From Spirochaetia bacterium (GTDB lineage Bacteria; Spirochaetota; Spirochaetia; DSM-27196; Salinispiraceae), in contig JBBRCZ010000002.1 of assembly GCA_038204425.1 (NCBI GenBank), positions 32,001 to 96,000 on the forward strand: DNA of 64,000 nucleotides, given 5' to 3'. A program made the position numbers and the translations under genes. This document shows positions 35,825-45,254 of the stretch, piece by piece; position 1 is the first letter of the stretch; each line of letters opens with the position of its first letter. The notes under the pieces were generated by a model. That model searched no databases and was not told where the DNA came from. It saw only the letters and a program-made list of their open reading frames with translations.

Positions 35825-37012
35825 GTGAGTTCTAAGCTGGCTTCATTGTTTCTGGCTAGGTGGCCCTTGGCGGTGGCCCTAGTCTTGGCCTTGTCTGGCT
35901 GTGCAAGTGTCAATTTGGCTCCCGATTTAATGCAAAGTTACGTTTTTGCCGATTTTGTGGCCGGCAGCGCAGCCAGTCAATCTAACCCAGACGCGACAAG
36001 TGCCCTAGCCTTGCCGGCGTTTGCTGGCACTGGTGATGCTCGTTTTGCCGACACCTATCTTTTTTTGCAACGCGACCAAGGCCCGGAGGTTTTTGATGGT
36101 TTGGCGGCCTTGTTGCTCGGCAAGCTTAGCCCCGACATCCTTGGGCGCATCAAGCAAGTTTTAGTCTACAGCCCAGCAAAGGCTGCTCAGACTGGCCACA
36201 ACTACCTGCAAGGAATAATAACAGGTGATTTTCCTCAAGGAATACTTTCGTTGGCTCTCAGTTCTCAAGCGTGGACCCAACGTAGCATTGAGGCAAGCGA
36301 TGCAAGCCGTATCAAAATATTTGAACAAAGTACCCAGCCAATAATATTAGCTGCTTTAAAAGACAATCTTATTGCTTTTTTGTATGCACCAAATAGACTT
36401 GCAGCATCAAGCAAGCAGCTGCAAGAGTTTGACACGGCACTAGACCTGCATGCAAAGCAGAGCTATGGATATTTTTCTAAGCCACAAATAGCGCTATTGA
36501 CCCAAGCAACTGCTCTGCCTGCAATTAGACGGGCCGAATCTCAGATTGTCCGAGCCAGCACTGGTTCCACGCCGACCGCAGTGCAGGAAACCTTTTTGTC
36601 CATCGCTGCTGGTGAAGCGCAAAAATCGCGCATGCTCGGCTTTGCTAGTTTTGCTCTTGGGCCAGAAGCTTTGGCGCGCGCCATACGACTAAGTATGGTG
36701 GCCGATGGAGCCAAAGAGAGAGAGCTTTTTACGCTGCGAATACATGCCTTGGCCCAGCAAGCTGGCCCAGATTCTTTGAGAACACTACGTACACGCTTGC
36801 GTTCTGCCTTGTTTGCTATTGCCAATCAGATGCAACTTGCTTCAGAAGTGCTTACGGCACTTCAGTTTAGTGAAGACCGCGGGCAGCTTGTTATAGACGG
36901 TTTACGCCTCAATCAGGCAGAATGTATAGCTTTGCTGGGACAGTTAATTAAGGTTTTGGCTCCGCAAGAAGCGCAGCTATCCCAGCCAAGTCAGTCCTTG
37001 GAGGTCAAGTAA
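35825..37012 (+). CDS. Hypothetical lipoprotein
   Basis: GTG just after the ileS stop; hydrophobic signal with LSGC lipobox; 395 aa; no recognised domain. Confidence 0.65.
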   Translation: MSSKLASLFLARWPLAVALVLALSGCASVNLAPDLMQSYVFADFVAGSAASQSNPDATSALALPAFAGTGDARFADTYLFLQRDQGPEVFDGLAALLLGKLSPDILGRIKQVLVYSPAKAAQTGHNYLQGIITGDFPQGILSLALSSQAWTQRSIEASDASRIKIFEQSTQPIILAALKDNLIAFLYAPNRLAASSKQLQEFDTALDLHAKQSYGYFSKPQIALLTQATALPAIRRAESQIVRASTGSTPTAVQETFLSIAAGEAQKSRMLGFASFALGPEALARAIRLSMVADGAKERELFTLRIHALAQQAGPDSLRTLRTRLRSALFAIANQMQLASEVLTALQFSEDRGQLVIDGLRLNQAECIALLGQLIKVLAPQEAQLSQPSQSLEVK

Positions 37013-37014
37013 AC

Positions 37015-37635
37015 ATGGCAAAAAACCACACAATCGGTATTGTCGACTATGGGGCAGGCAACCTAAAGAGTGTCGAGCTGGCGCTTGCTCATTTGGGCTA
37101 CTCCTGGCTTACCTCAGGCGAGGCCAGCAAGCTTGCAAGTTGTGACAAACTAATAATCCCCGGTGATGGCCACGCCGGTTCGACCATGGAAGTGCTCAAC
37201 AAATCAGGACTGAGTGATTTTATTAAGTCCTACTACCAGTCAGGGCGCTGGATACTCGGTATCTGCATTGGCTGTCAGATAGTACTCGATGGTTCTGACG
37301 AAGCAGAAGTGGCCTGCCTTGGACTTATCCCCGGACGCTGTCACAAGCTGCCTGGCGGCCCGGGACTAAAAGTTCCTCACATGGGCTGGAATGTCTGTGT
37401 ACCTAAAAATGAGCACTTTGCTTTTAAGGGTGTGCCCAAGGAAGCCTCATTTTACTTTGTCCATTCCTACTACACCAAACCCGTTAGCAGTGATGATGTA
37501 ATCGGCATCAGTGACCACGGTATCGATTTTGCCTCAGCAATTGGGCGCGACAACTTGTTGGCCTTTCAGTTTCACCCCGAAAAATCTGGCCCATGGGGAC
37601 TCAAGCTTTTGGACAACTTTTTGGGGGCACAATAA
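37015..37635 (+). CDS. hisH: Imidazole glycerol phosphate synthase glutaminase subunit
   Basis: [38 protein letters not shown]. Confidence 0.97.
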   Translation: MAKNHTIGIVDYGAGNLKSVELALAHLGYSWLTSGEASKLASCDKLIIPGDGHAGSTMEVLNKSGLSDFIKSYYQSGRWILGICIGCQIVLDGSDEAEVACLGLIPGRCHKLPGGPGLKVPHMGWNVCVPKNEHFAFKGVPKEASFYFVHSYYTKPVSSDDVIGISDHGIDFASAIGRDNLLAFQFHPEKSGPWGLKLLDNFLGAQ

Positions 37636-38402
37636 TGTTAGAAAAACGAATAGTAGTCTGCCTCGACGTCAAAGAAGGTAAAACAACCAAGGGCGTTAGG
37701 TTTAAAGACAATATTGAGCTTGGCGACCCGGTTGTCATGGCAAAAAACTACTACGATCAAGGTGTCGATGAGTTGGTTTTTTACGATATAACAGCCAGCG
37801 CCGAAAAACGCGGCATAATGATAGACGTGGTGCGACGCGTAGCCGAACAAATCTTTATTCCCTTTTGTGTGGGAGGCGGGATTGCCACCTTGCAAGATAT
37901 ACGCGCGGTCATTATGGCCGGTGCCGAAAAAGTTAGTCTCAACACCCAGGCTGTCAAAAACCCCCAGCTGATCAGTGAGGGGGCCTGGGCCTTTGGCAGT
38001 CAGGCTATAGTTTTGGGTATGGACGCCATAAAAGACCCAAGCTTCCCATCAGGTTACCGAGTAGTCGTCAATGGGGGGCGCACGCCAACCGAGCTTGACG
38101 CCCTAGCTTGGGCCTTAGAAGCCCAAAGACTTGGGGCAGGGGAGATAGTACTCAATTCCATCGATGCTGACGGAACACGAGAAGGCTATGAACTTACGAT
38201 TACGCGCCGGATATCAGAGGCAGTTAATATACCAGTAGTCGCCTCAGGTGGAGCAGGCCAGCCTAGTCACCTTGAGGAAGTACTCAGCACCGGAAAGGCT
38301 GACGCCGCACTCATCGCCAGTATGGTTCATTTTGGCGACTATACCATCGCTTCTATCAAAAAGGACCTGCATAGGGCGGGCGTCAACGTTAGAATGATTT
38401 AA
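37635..38402 (+). CDS. hisF: Imidazole glycerol phosphate synthase cyclase subunit
   Basis: [49 protein letters not shown]. Confidence 0.97.
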   Translation: MLEKRIVVCLDVKEGKTTKGVRFKDNIELGDPVVMAKNYYDQGVDELVFYDITASAEKRGIMIDVVRRVAEQIFIPFCVGGGIATLQDIRAVIMAGAEKVSLNTQAVKNPQLISEGAWAFGSQAIVLGMDAIKDPSFPSGYRVVVNGGRTPTELDALAWALEAQRLGAGEIVLNSIDADGTREGYELTITRRISEAVNIPVVASGGAGQPSHLEEVLSTGKADAALIASMVHFGDYTIASIKKDLHRAGVNVRMI

Positions 38403-39085
38403 TAAAAAAAGCCTTAGTGGCCAAGAAAAATTCTGTTCGGTTTTGGACCCCATAGATTTTACAAATTGCATGGACTCGACGTTTTACTGCACTAAGGGAG
38501 AGGCCCATTGCAACGGCAACTTCTTTATATTCGTGACCCAAAAGCAAAATCTCTGCCACTTTTCTTTGTGAGACGCTCAGTTTTTTTTGGTCCAGTTCTG
38601 TCAGGTGCAATTTTTCTCTTGACCGTCCATCACCATCACTAGCGACAAAGCCGAGTACCACGGTATTAAAGTAAAAGACGATAGTCTGGGCTATGCTAAG
38701 ATAGAGTGGAACCGCTAAGACGGTACTTGCCACAAGATAGACAGCAAGCAGTGCAAGCAAGGTCAGATAAGTGAAATTTATCAATTCAAAGTTGTCATTG
38801 TACCAGGATTGGCCCAAGCAAAGTGCTGATAGGCTCCACAAGAAAAAGACAACTGGCGCAATCGCGCCGACACCCCAGGCAAGACATTGCCCTTGGCGAG
38901 CACTTCGATGGTGCTACGAAAAAAATGTACGTAGCTAGGCCAAGGGTAAAAAGTGACAAATAAGGTGAGTAACTTGGAAACTGCTCTTGATCGGCTTTCT
39001 TGGTAAAGCGAATATTGTACAACGAGAGCGTGCACAAGCCTACTATCGTGCACACGTCAATTAAAAAGCTTTGGGATTCGTCCAT
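38389..39085 (-). pseudogene. Frameshifted membrane-anchored LuxR-type HTH regulator
   Basis: N-terminal frame (MDESQ...LATYIFF) and C-terminal frame (AWGVGAIAPVVFF...LSVSQRKVAEILLLGHEYKEVAVAMGLSLSAVKRRVHAICKIYGVQNRTEF) join only with indel(s) near 38880-38925. Confidence 0.65.
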
Positions 39086-39183
39086 GCCCTACTAATACTC
39101 CAACAATGATTTATAGTTTTTTATGTGGATCGGGCCAAAAGTTATCCTGTGCAGATCGCAATTGAGCTCCTAAGATCATTCCC

Positions 39184-39757
39184 ATGAAGACAAAAAGAAA
39201 TCAAGAAGCAAGATTGCTAATCTACGGTATTGCTTGCATCACCCTGGTGCTGGCCCTTACGGCTTGTGTTTCCGATCAAGGGCAAGCCATACAAGCCGCC
39301 GTGTCAGAAATGGCTACTATTGAGTTTACCTCAGAACTGCTAGGCGAGTCGGAAAAAGCGCAACGAATTATCAGCGTGCTCTTGCCACCCTCTTACTATA
39401 TTGACGAACAAAAGCACTATCCAGTTGTCTACGCTTTGCGCGGATTGGGCTTCTTGTCCTGGCGCCCTTGATCCGCAAGATCTGCAATTGACAATTGATG
39501 ACTGGGACCAAAGCTTTCGCCTAGCTTACGGAGCTGCCTTTTCGCCAGATATGTCGATCGACTACCCTCATGCAAGAATGGTAACTTTTGACGGAAGTCC
39601 AGCAGACAATATTCTGATCCAACTTTGGCAAGACGGCTTTGGCGGAATTGAAAAAAAGATTGCCAACTATCAAGCAAAAAACCACAAGTTAAAAGGAATC
39701 CGTTTTGAATACACAACTGAGGATCCTTACGATTTTATTACCAGAGGCAAAAACTGA
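39184..39757 (+). pseudogene. Internally deleted esterase-family lipoprotein
   Basis: Lipobox LTAC; VLLPPSYY...YPVVYAL.G start, then a frame jump to PGAL...AYGAAFSP; the GxSxG region is missing and the C-terminus is truncated. Confidence 0.65.
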
Positions 39758-39886
39758 GCTTTAGCGTTCAAAAGTGGATTAAAAGCGAAGGTCAGTTTTT
39801 GCCTCTGAGGCTTGCCGCTCAACGGCAATAAAATAGCTTGTGTCAGAAGTTGGCCTGACATTTGGGACACAACTAGCGAAATAAGC

Positions 39887-39945
39887 TTGAATTTGTCTCC
39901 ACCTGTGGGTAAAATTGTATCTGACCAGATCAGATCTGGTTGGAT
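39887..39945 (+). promoter_or_regulatory. vapBC promoter and operator
   Basis: TTGAAT-17-TAAAAT (39887-39915); ACCAGATC-A-GATCTGGT palindrome (39924-39940). Confidence 0.65.
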
Positions 39946-39954
39946 GGGGTTGCT

Positions 39955-40191
39955 ATGATTGTAGATACTATTACCGAGGCCAAAGCGCATTTTTCTGCAC
40001 TCATAGAAAAAGTGCAACGTGGCGAAGAAATTGTTATCAAAAAAGCCGGGGTTCCGGTTGCGGTCATCCGGCCTTACACGGCACAAAACAGTGTGAGGAT
40101 ACCGGGAGCTCTGACCGGTAAGATAAAAATAGCGGCAGATTTTGATGATCTACCTCTGGAAATTGCAAATGCTTTTGGTATGGAGTCCTGA
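39955..40191 (+). CDS. Phd/YefM family antitoxin
   Basis: TITEAKAHFSALIEKVQRGEEIVIKKAGVPVA...PG...ADFDDLP. Confidence 0.92.
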   Translation: MIVDTITEAKAHFSALIEKVQRGEEIVIKKAGVPVAVIRPYTAQNSVRIPGALTGKIKIAADFDDLPLEIANAFGMES

Positions 40192-40192
40192 G

Positions 40193-40564
40193 GTGAAGTT
40201 GTTGCTGGACACTCATATTCTGTTGTGGTGGTTGGCTGGTGACCCAGCTTTAACGCCAACCCAATGCATGGCAATTGAGGACAAGAGAAACTCCTGTTTT
40301 GTCAGTGCCGCCACAATTTGGGAAATCAGCATCAAGAGTGGTCTTGGTAAACTTTATGTGCCAAGTGAGTACCTTGAAGTACTCACGTCGCAAGGATTCT
40401 TCCAACTTCCCATTTCCTGGGCCCACTCTCAGGCTGTTAGCAAACTGCCAGTAATTCATAAAGATCCCTTTGACCGAATTTTGATTGCACAAGCACAAAT
40501 TGAAGGCATGACCTTGGTTTGTAACGATCCTTTGATTGCAAAGTACGAGGTTTTGGTTATTTAA
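40193..40564 (+). CDS. vapC: VapC PIN-domain toxin
   Basis: LLLDTHILLW, SAATIWEISIK, HKDPFDRILIAQA; GTG start next to the antitoxin stop. Confidence 0.93.
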   Translation: MKLLLDTHILLWWLAGDPALTPTQCMAIEDKRNSCFVSAATIWEISIKSGLGKLYVPSEYLEVLTSQGFFQLPISWAHSQAVSKLPVIHKDPFDRILIAQAQIEGMTLVCNDPLIAKYEVLVI

Positions 40565-40719
40565 TTTTTTGATTTGGAGAACCTCGCGCAGAATGAATAA
40601 AGATAATTGCATATAGCACACGGGCAAAGTTTTTCTGGACTTGCCACTATAGGCAGATTGTGAGTATAGTAGTGGTGTAAAGTCTATATACAGTATGTCC
40701 TATATAGGAGTGAAAGACG

Positions 40720-40947
40720 ATGCCCTTCTACGATTATCAGTGTAGCCAATGCGGTCATGCTTTTGAGGAATTTCAGTCTATGTCTGATGCCTTGCTTGTA
40801 GACTGCCCGCAGTGCAAAAAAAGCTCACTTAAGCGCCTGATCGGTGGCGCCGGTGTAATCTTTAAAGGTAGCGGTTTTTATGTCAACGACAGCAAGCCCA
40901 GCCCAAGTAAAGAAAAGGCAACACCAAGCAAGAAGGAAAGCGCCTAA
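40720..40947 (+). CDS. FmdB family zinc-ribbon protein
   Basis: MPFYDYQCSQCGH.FE...CPQC...IFKGSGFYVND. Confidence 0.92.
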   Translation: MPFYDYQCSQCGHAFEEFQSMSDALLVDCPQCKKSSLKRLIGGAGVIFKGSGFYVNDSKPSPSKEKATPSKKESA

Positions 40948-40966
40948 TGACTGCGCGGGGGCTAGC

Positions 40967-41284
40967 ATGGTAACTGAGGTGCTTGGCCACAGTTCAGCAG
41001 ATCTAGATAAGGATGTCTTGCTTGATGACGCAGCTCGCAAACTCAAAGTATGTGGGCACCCTGTCCGTCTTAAGTTGCTTTGCCTCATCAGTCATTCTGC
41101 TGACAGCTGTGTTTCTGAACTATGGGAATGCCTGCGTCAGCCACAACCAGTTATTTCACAGCACTTGGCTGTGCTCAAAGAAAATGCCATAGTTAAGTCG
41201 GAAGTCAAAGGAAACAAGCGCTGTTACTCTATCGTTGATAGTTTCGTGGCGGAGCTGGTGCGAGCCCTCGATCCTTGCAAATAA
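40967..41284 (+). CDS. ArsR/SmtB family regulator
   Basis: LKVCGHPVRLKLL, CVSELWE, QPVISQHLAVLK...G.KRCYS. Confidence 0.88.
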   Translation: MVTEVLGHSSADLDKDVLLDDAARKLKVCGHPVRLKLLCLISHSADSCVSELWECLRQPQPVISQHLAVLKENAIVKSEVKGNKRCYSIVDSFVAELVRALDPCK

Positions 41285-41325
41285 TCAAGCTTACGACCAA
41301 AAATCTTACAACAAACGGATAAAGC

Positions 41326-42393
41326 ATGATTCATTCACACGACTCAGTAATGGAAAATTTCAAGTGCAAGCTTGGTGTGTATCAGCCGCGCGAAGCCTTT
41401 GAACTAGACAATCACGATGCGCTTTGGATTAGTGACGAGTCGGTCTGGGCGGCACTAAATTCCAGTGCTGCACCGCAAGAACTGCGCGCTGCCCTGGCAA
41501 AGATTGATCAGCAGAGGCTGATTCTCCTTCCAAGCGGAGAGCAGTTTAAAACGTGGCAACAAGTCGAACGGATCCTCAATAAAGGATTTGAAAATGGTCT
41601 GGCACGAGATTCGGTAATGATAGGACTTGGCGGTGGTGTGGTGACTGATATTGCAGCTTTTGCCGCCTCATTGTACATGCGTGGTTGCAAACTAATCTTG
41701 TTGCCAACAACTGTTTTGGCTATGGTAGACGCTGCCTTTGGCGGCAAAACCGGGGTCAATTTTGGCGGCTACAAGAACATGGTTGGCAGTTTTTTTCCTG
41801 CAAACGAAGTAAGAGTAGTCCCAGAATTTGTGCAAACCCTGAGTGATCTCGAGTTTAAAAGTGGCTTGGCAGAAATCATCAAGGCGGCATTGCTCGACGA
41901 CAAACAACTCTTTGAGTATTTGTTAAACAACCAAGTTGCCATCCAAGCCCGCGATCTAGCCAGTTTAGAGCACATTATCTGGCAAGGTTTGATGGTTAAA
42001 GCGCGTATCGTCGAGTCAGATCTCAAAGAACAGTCAATCCGCGCCCACCTTAACTTAGGACACACTTTTGCCCACGGACTAGAGGCTGTTGCTGGATTTG
42101 GCAGCTGGACCCATGGAGAGGCGGTAGCCTGGGGCATCGTCAAAGCGCTGGAGCTTTCTGTCAGACTTGGTCTGGCCAAGCAAGCCTACCTTGCTCAAGT
42201 CAGAGACTTGATTGTGGCCTATGGCTTTCGCATCAAGGCCGACAACGTGGATGTCAATCAACTCATAAATGCAATGTTAATGGACAAAAAGAAAAAAGAT
42301 GGCCGCGTGCATTTTGTTTTGCAGCGTGGCCTGTGTGATACCTTTTTGTCAGTTGTCCAAAGCGACGATCTTTTAGCAGTTCTGCAAGCTTAA
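41326..42393 (+). CDS. aroB: 3-dehydroquinate synthase
   Basis: GLGGGVVTD, PTTVLAMVDAAFGGKTG, KNMVGSF, LNLGHTFAH, HGEAV, DKK. Confidence 0.95.
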   Translation: MIHSHDSVMENFKCKLGVYQPREAFELDNHDALWISDESVWAALNSSAAPQELRAALAKIDQQRLILLPSGEQFKTWQQVERILNKGFENGLARDSVMIGLGGGVVTDIAAFAASLYMRGCKLILLPTTVLAMVDAAFGGKTGVNFGGYKNMVGSFFPANEVRVVPEFVQTLSDLEFKSGLAEIIKAALLDDKQLFEYLLNNQVAIQARDLASLEHIIWQGLMVKARIVESDLKEQSIRAHLNLGHTFAHGLEAVAGFGSWTHGEAVAWGIVKALELSVRLGLAKQAYLAQVRDLIVAYGFRIKADNVDVNQLINAMLMDKKKKDGRVHFVLQRGLCDTFLSVVQSDDLLAVLQA

Positions 42394-45113
42394 ACTTGTT
42401 CCAGGATGGTCGATAGCGCTCTATAGAGTCTACCAATTAGAGACGCGGCTTTGTCGTGGACGGCCGGATCAACATTGTCCGCCAAGTACTCAAGACTAGA
42501 AATTGTCTCTGACAAGGCAGTCGAGAAGGCCAGCGTTGGTTTAAACCAAAACAGACCATCTTGATTGGTGTACAGCGTCAAAAATCCTAGTTCGCGGTTC
42601 TTTTTGGTTAGTACAGGTGACAAAACATAGGGCAGTTGATTGCACAGTACGGGCAAGTTTTCCCAGATATTGAGCCGTTCTTTACCCAGAATACGGGTAG
42701 GGAGTATCCTAAACGGGTCTAGCCAGCGGCTAATTGACAGAACGCGGCTTAGGCGTTCACCTAACATCAAAAGGCCATGCGGCCCAGTTCCGCGACTGAG
42801 TTTTCCATCTAGGGGGGCAAAGGCTTGTTGCACGAGTTCGTGCGGTAACCATGTGCCCGTGTAATTGCCATCGAGTTTTACCGTACAACGCAAGTTACTG
42901 TGTTGACCGGGTAGCTCACGTGCACTGGCAGAATGCATCAGCCACGTCACATCGTCCCAGTTGAGCACCAAGTTCTTTTTTTTGCCTTTATAGGGTTCCA
43001 TGGCAAAGATTCGTCCAGCAATGCTGACTTGCATAGAAGTGTCACTGGCGCGTACCACTGCCGGACTAGTGTTCTTTTGGGCTTCGCTGGGACTGGAATT
43101 TGCCTGGCTGGCCTGGCTGGCCCGTTGTTCAGGCCGTTGGGCCCTGCTTTGCTTGGTTTCGCGACGGACTCTTTCATAGTAGTCGTTGGCACTCATATTT
43201 TCGCCTGAAATATGGCGACCCTTGGCCTCTTCGTCGTCCATGCGCTGCAAGTTGCGCGAAAGGTCTGGCGAGATACGAGACAACCATTCTTTGCGCAGCT
43301 CGCCAACCGAGCGCGCAAACATGCGGCTTGTTTTTACAATTTCGCCGGCCACAATAAACCGAGGCGTCTGCCTAAACATAACCGAGCCAGGATGAATTTC
43401 AACCTTTTCGGCAGTTAGGCTGCGATACGAGCTGCGGCCTTGTTTAATACAAATGAACTGAATCAGGCCCTTGGCCACCGCACAAATGTAGTCAGCCAGA
43501 CTACCGCCGCTTGAGAGTGGCACACCCAAGCCGCTTATGATTTGTCCCAACTGTTCTTTAACATTGGCAATCTCGGCCATGGCCGATTCGTCAAAAAAGA
43601 ACTTTTCGCAAAACTTAGTTTTGTTTTCGGCTTCACTGTAGGCTTTAAATATCTTGAGATAACTTACAAAGTCACCGCTTTCGTCTCTAAAATGATGGTG
43701 GGCCCGACGGCTTTCTATTTCTTGTCCTTGCGGCAATAGAAATGGATTGTCGCAGCTCAAAAAAGACGTCCCGGTTAAGGCTTCGTCAATAACATCGGGG
43801 TAATTGAGGATAGCCTCTACCAAGATGCGGCTATGGCGTGGAATCAGCGGAAAGAGTGCCATCATAGTACCAATTTTGGACAGACTGTTGTCCTCGTTGA
43901 GGGCTTCCAATAACAAAAGTGTGTCAACTGCGCCCAAGATCCCTTGACGTCCTGGTGATGAAATAAAGTTGAAGCTCTCAAAGTCGCGGATGCCAAGCTC
44001 AGCCATGCGAAGCACAACTTCTGACAAGTCGGTGCGGTAGATTTCCTCTTGGGTAAACAGTGGGCGCGCCTCAAAGTCCTCTTTGCCATACAGGCGGTAG
44101 CAGGTGCCGGGACGAGTTCGTCCGGCGCGGCCCTTGCGTTGGTTGGCACTAGCGCGCGAAATAGGTCGTTGGATCAACGACGAGGTAAAAGTCTTGGGGT
44201 TGTAGTAGTTGAGTTTGGCTTGGCCTGAGTCAATTACTGAGGTAATGCCATCAATCGTTATGCTGGTTTCGGCAATGTTGGTGGCAATAACTACTTTGAT
44301 CTTGCCCCATGGCGCGCTTACGAAGACTTGGTCTTGTTCTTCCTTGGACAAACGACCATAGAGTGGCACGATATGCAGCTTTCTTCTAAAGCTGCTGCCG
44401 CTTAATCCGGTTATTGCACCTTTAATAGTTTTTTCGCCTGGCAAAAATATAAGTATGTCACCGTCGCGCTTCTCTTCAATAACATGTCCAACTACGCCAA
44501 TGACGGCCGCAACAAGTTCGTCGTCGTTGTCATCCTTTAGCGCCTTGTAAACCGTAGAAACGGGGTAGGTGTCGGTTTCTATGCGTACTACTGGACAGAC
44601 ATTAAAATACTCAGAAAAAACTTGGGTGTTGAGCGTGGCGCTAGAAACAATTACCCTAAATTCTGGCCGCTCTTCAATAACACGTTTGAGCAGGCCGAGC
44701 ACAAAGTCAATATTGAGACTGCGCTCGTGAGCTTCGTCGACCATAATCACCGAGTAGGCACTTAGCAAGGGGTCCAACTTGAGTTCTTGCAACAAAATAC
44801 CGTCAGTCATAATCTTTATGCGAGTCGATGGAGTAGTTTTGTCATCAAAGCGCATTTTGTAGGCAACAATGCCAGGGTCAGTTTTTTCTAGTTGAAATTG
44901 AATATAGGAACTAACACTAACGGCCGCAATGCGGCGCGGTTGAGTGACGCCGATTATTCCTCGCTTGTCATACTCCGCTTCATGTAAAATAACCGGTAGG
45001 CCGGTAGTCTTGCCTGACCCGGTGGGGCTCTCTACAACTATAACTGAATGCTGGGACAGGCTTTCCAAAATTTTGGCTCGGTGCTGATAAACCGGAAGTT
45101 CATGTGGATTCAT
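42390..45113 (-). CDS. hrpA: DEAH-box ATP-dependent RNA helicase, HrpA-like
   Basis: SPTGSGKTT, TQPRRIAA, DEAHERS, SAT, ATNIAETSITID, QRKGRAGR. Confidence 0.9.
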   Translation of the reverse strand: MNPHELPVYQHRAKILESLSQHSVIVVESPTGSGKTTGLPVILHEAEYDKRGIIGVTQPRRIAAVSVSSYIQFQLEKTDPGIVAYKMRFDDKTTPSTRIKIMTDGILLQELKLDPLLSAYSVIMVDEAHERSLNIDFVLGLLKRVIEERPEFRVIVSSATLNTQVFSEYFNVCPVVRIETDTYPVSTVYKALKDDNDDELVAAVIGVVGHVIEEKRDGDILIFLPGEKTIKGAITGLSGSSFRRKLHIVPLYGRLSKEEQDQVFVSAPWGKIKVVIATNIAETSITIDGITSVIDSGQAKLNYYNPKTFTSSLIQRPISRASANQRKGRAGRTRPGTCYRLYGKEDFEARPLFTQEEIYRTDLSEVVLRMAELGIRDFESFNFISSPGRQGILGAVDTLLLLEALNEDNSLSKIGTMMALFPLIPRHSRILVEAILNYPDVIDEALTGTSFLSCDNPFLLPQGQEIESRRAHHHFRDESGDFVSYLKIFKAYSEAENKTKFCEKFFFDESAMAEIANVKEQLGQIISGLGVPLSSGGSLADYICAVAKGLIQFICIKQGRSSYRSLTAEKVEIHPGSVMFRQTPRFIVAGEIVKTSRMFARSVGELRKEWLSRISPDLSRNLQRMDDEEAKGRHISGENMSANDYYERVRRETKQSRAQRPEQRASQASQANSSPSEAQKNTSPAVVRASDTSMQVSIAGRIFAMEPYKGKKKNLVLNWDDVTWLMHSASARELPGQHSNLRCTVKLDGNYTGTWLPHELVQQAFAPLDGKLSRGTGPHGLLMLGERLSRVLSISRWLDPFRILPTRILGKERLNIWENLPVLCNQLPYVLSPVLTKKNRELGFLTLYTNQDGLFWFKPTLAFSTALSETISSLEYLADNVDPAVHDKAASLIGRLYRALSTILEQV

Positions 45114-45254
45114 GCATAATAGTGTAAACGCTTGCGACTTGGTTGTATACGGGCCGTAGGGAAGGCCATTTTTGCTACTTGGCTTGAAATTTGGTAACCT
45201 TGCTTCTATTCTTACTGTCTATATGTCGTTAAACAAAAGAAATAGAGGAACGTT

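Noticed and set aside
38919..38925. Phase-variable homopolymer switch in the LuxR gene
   Set aside because: Changing the T7 run alone does not restore the frame (it meets TAG or needs a second indel).
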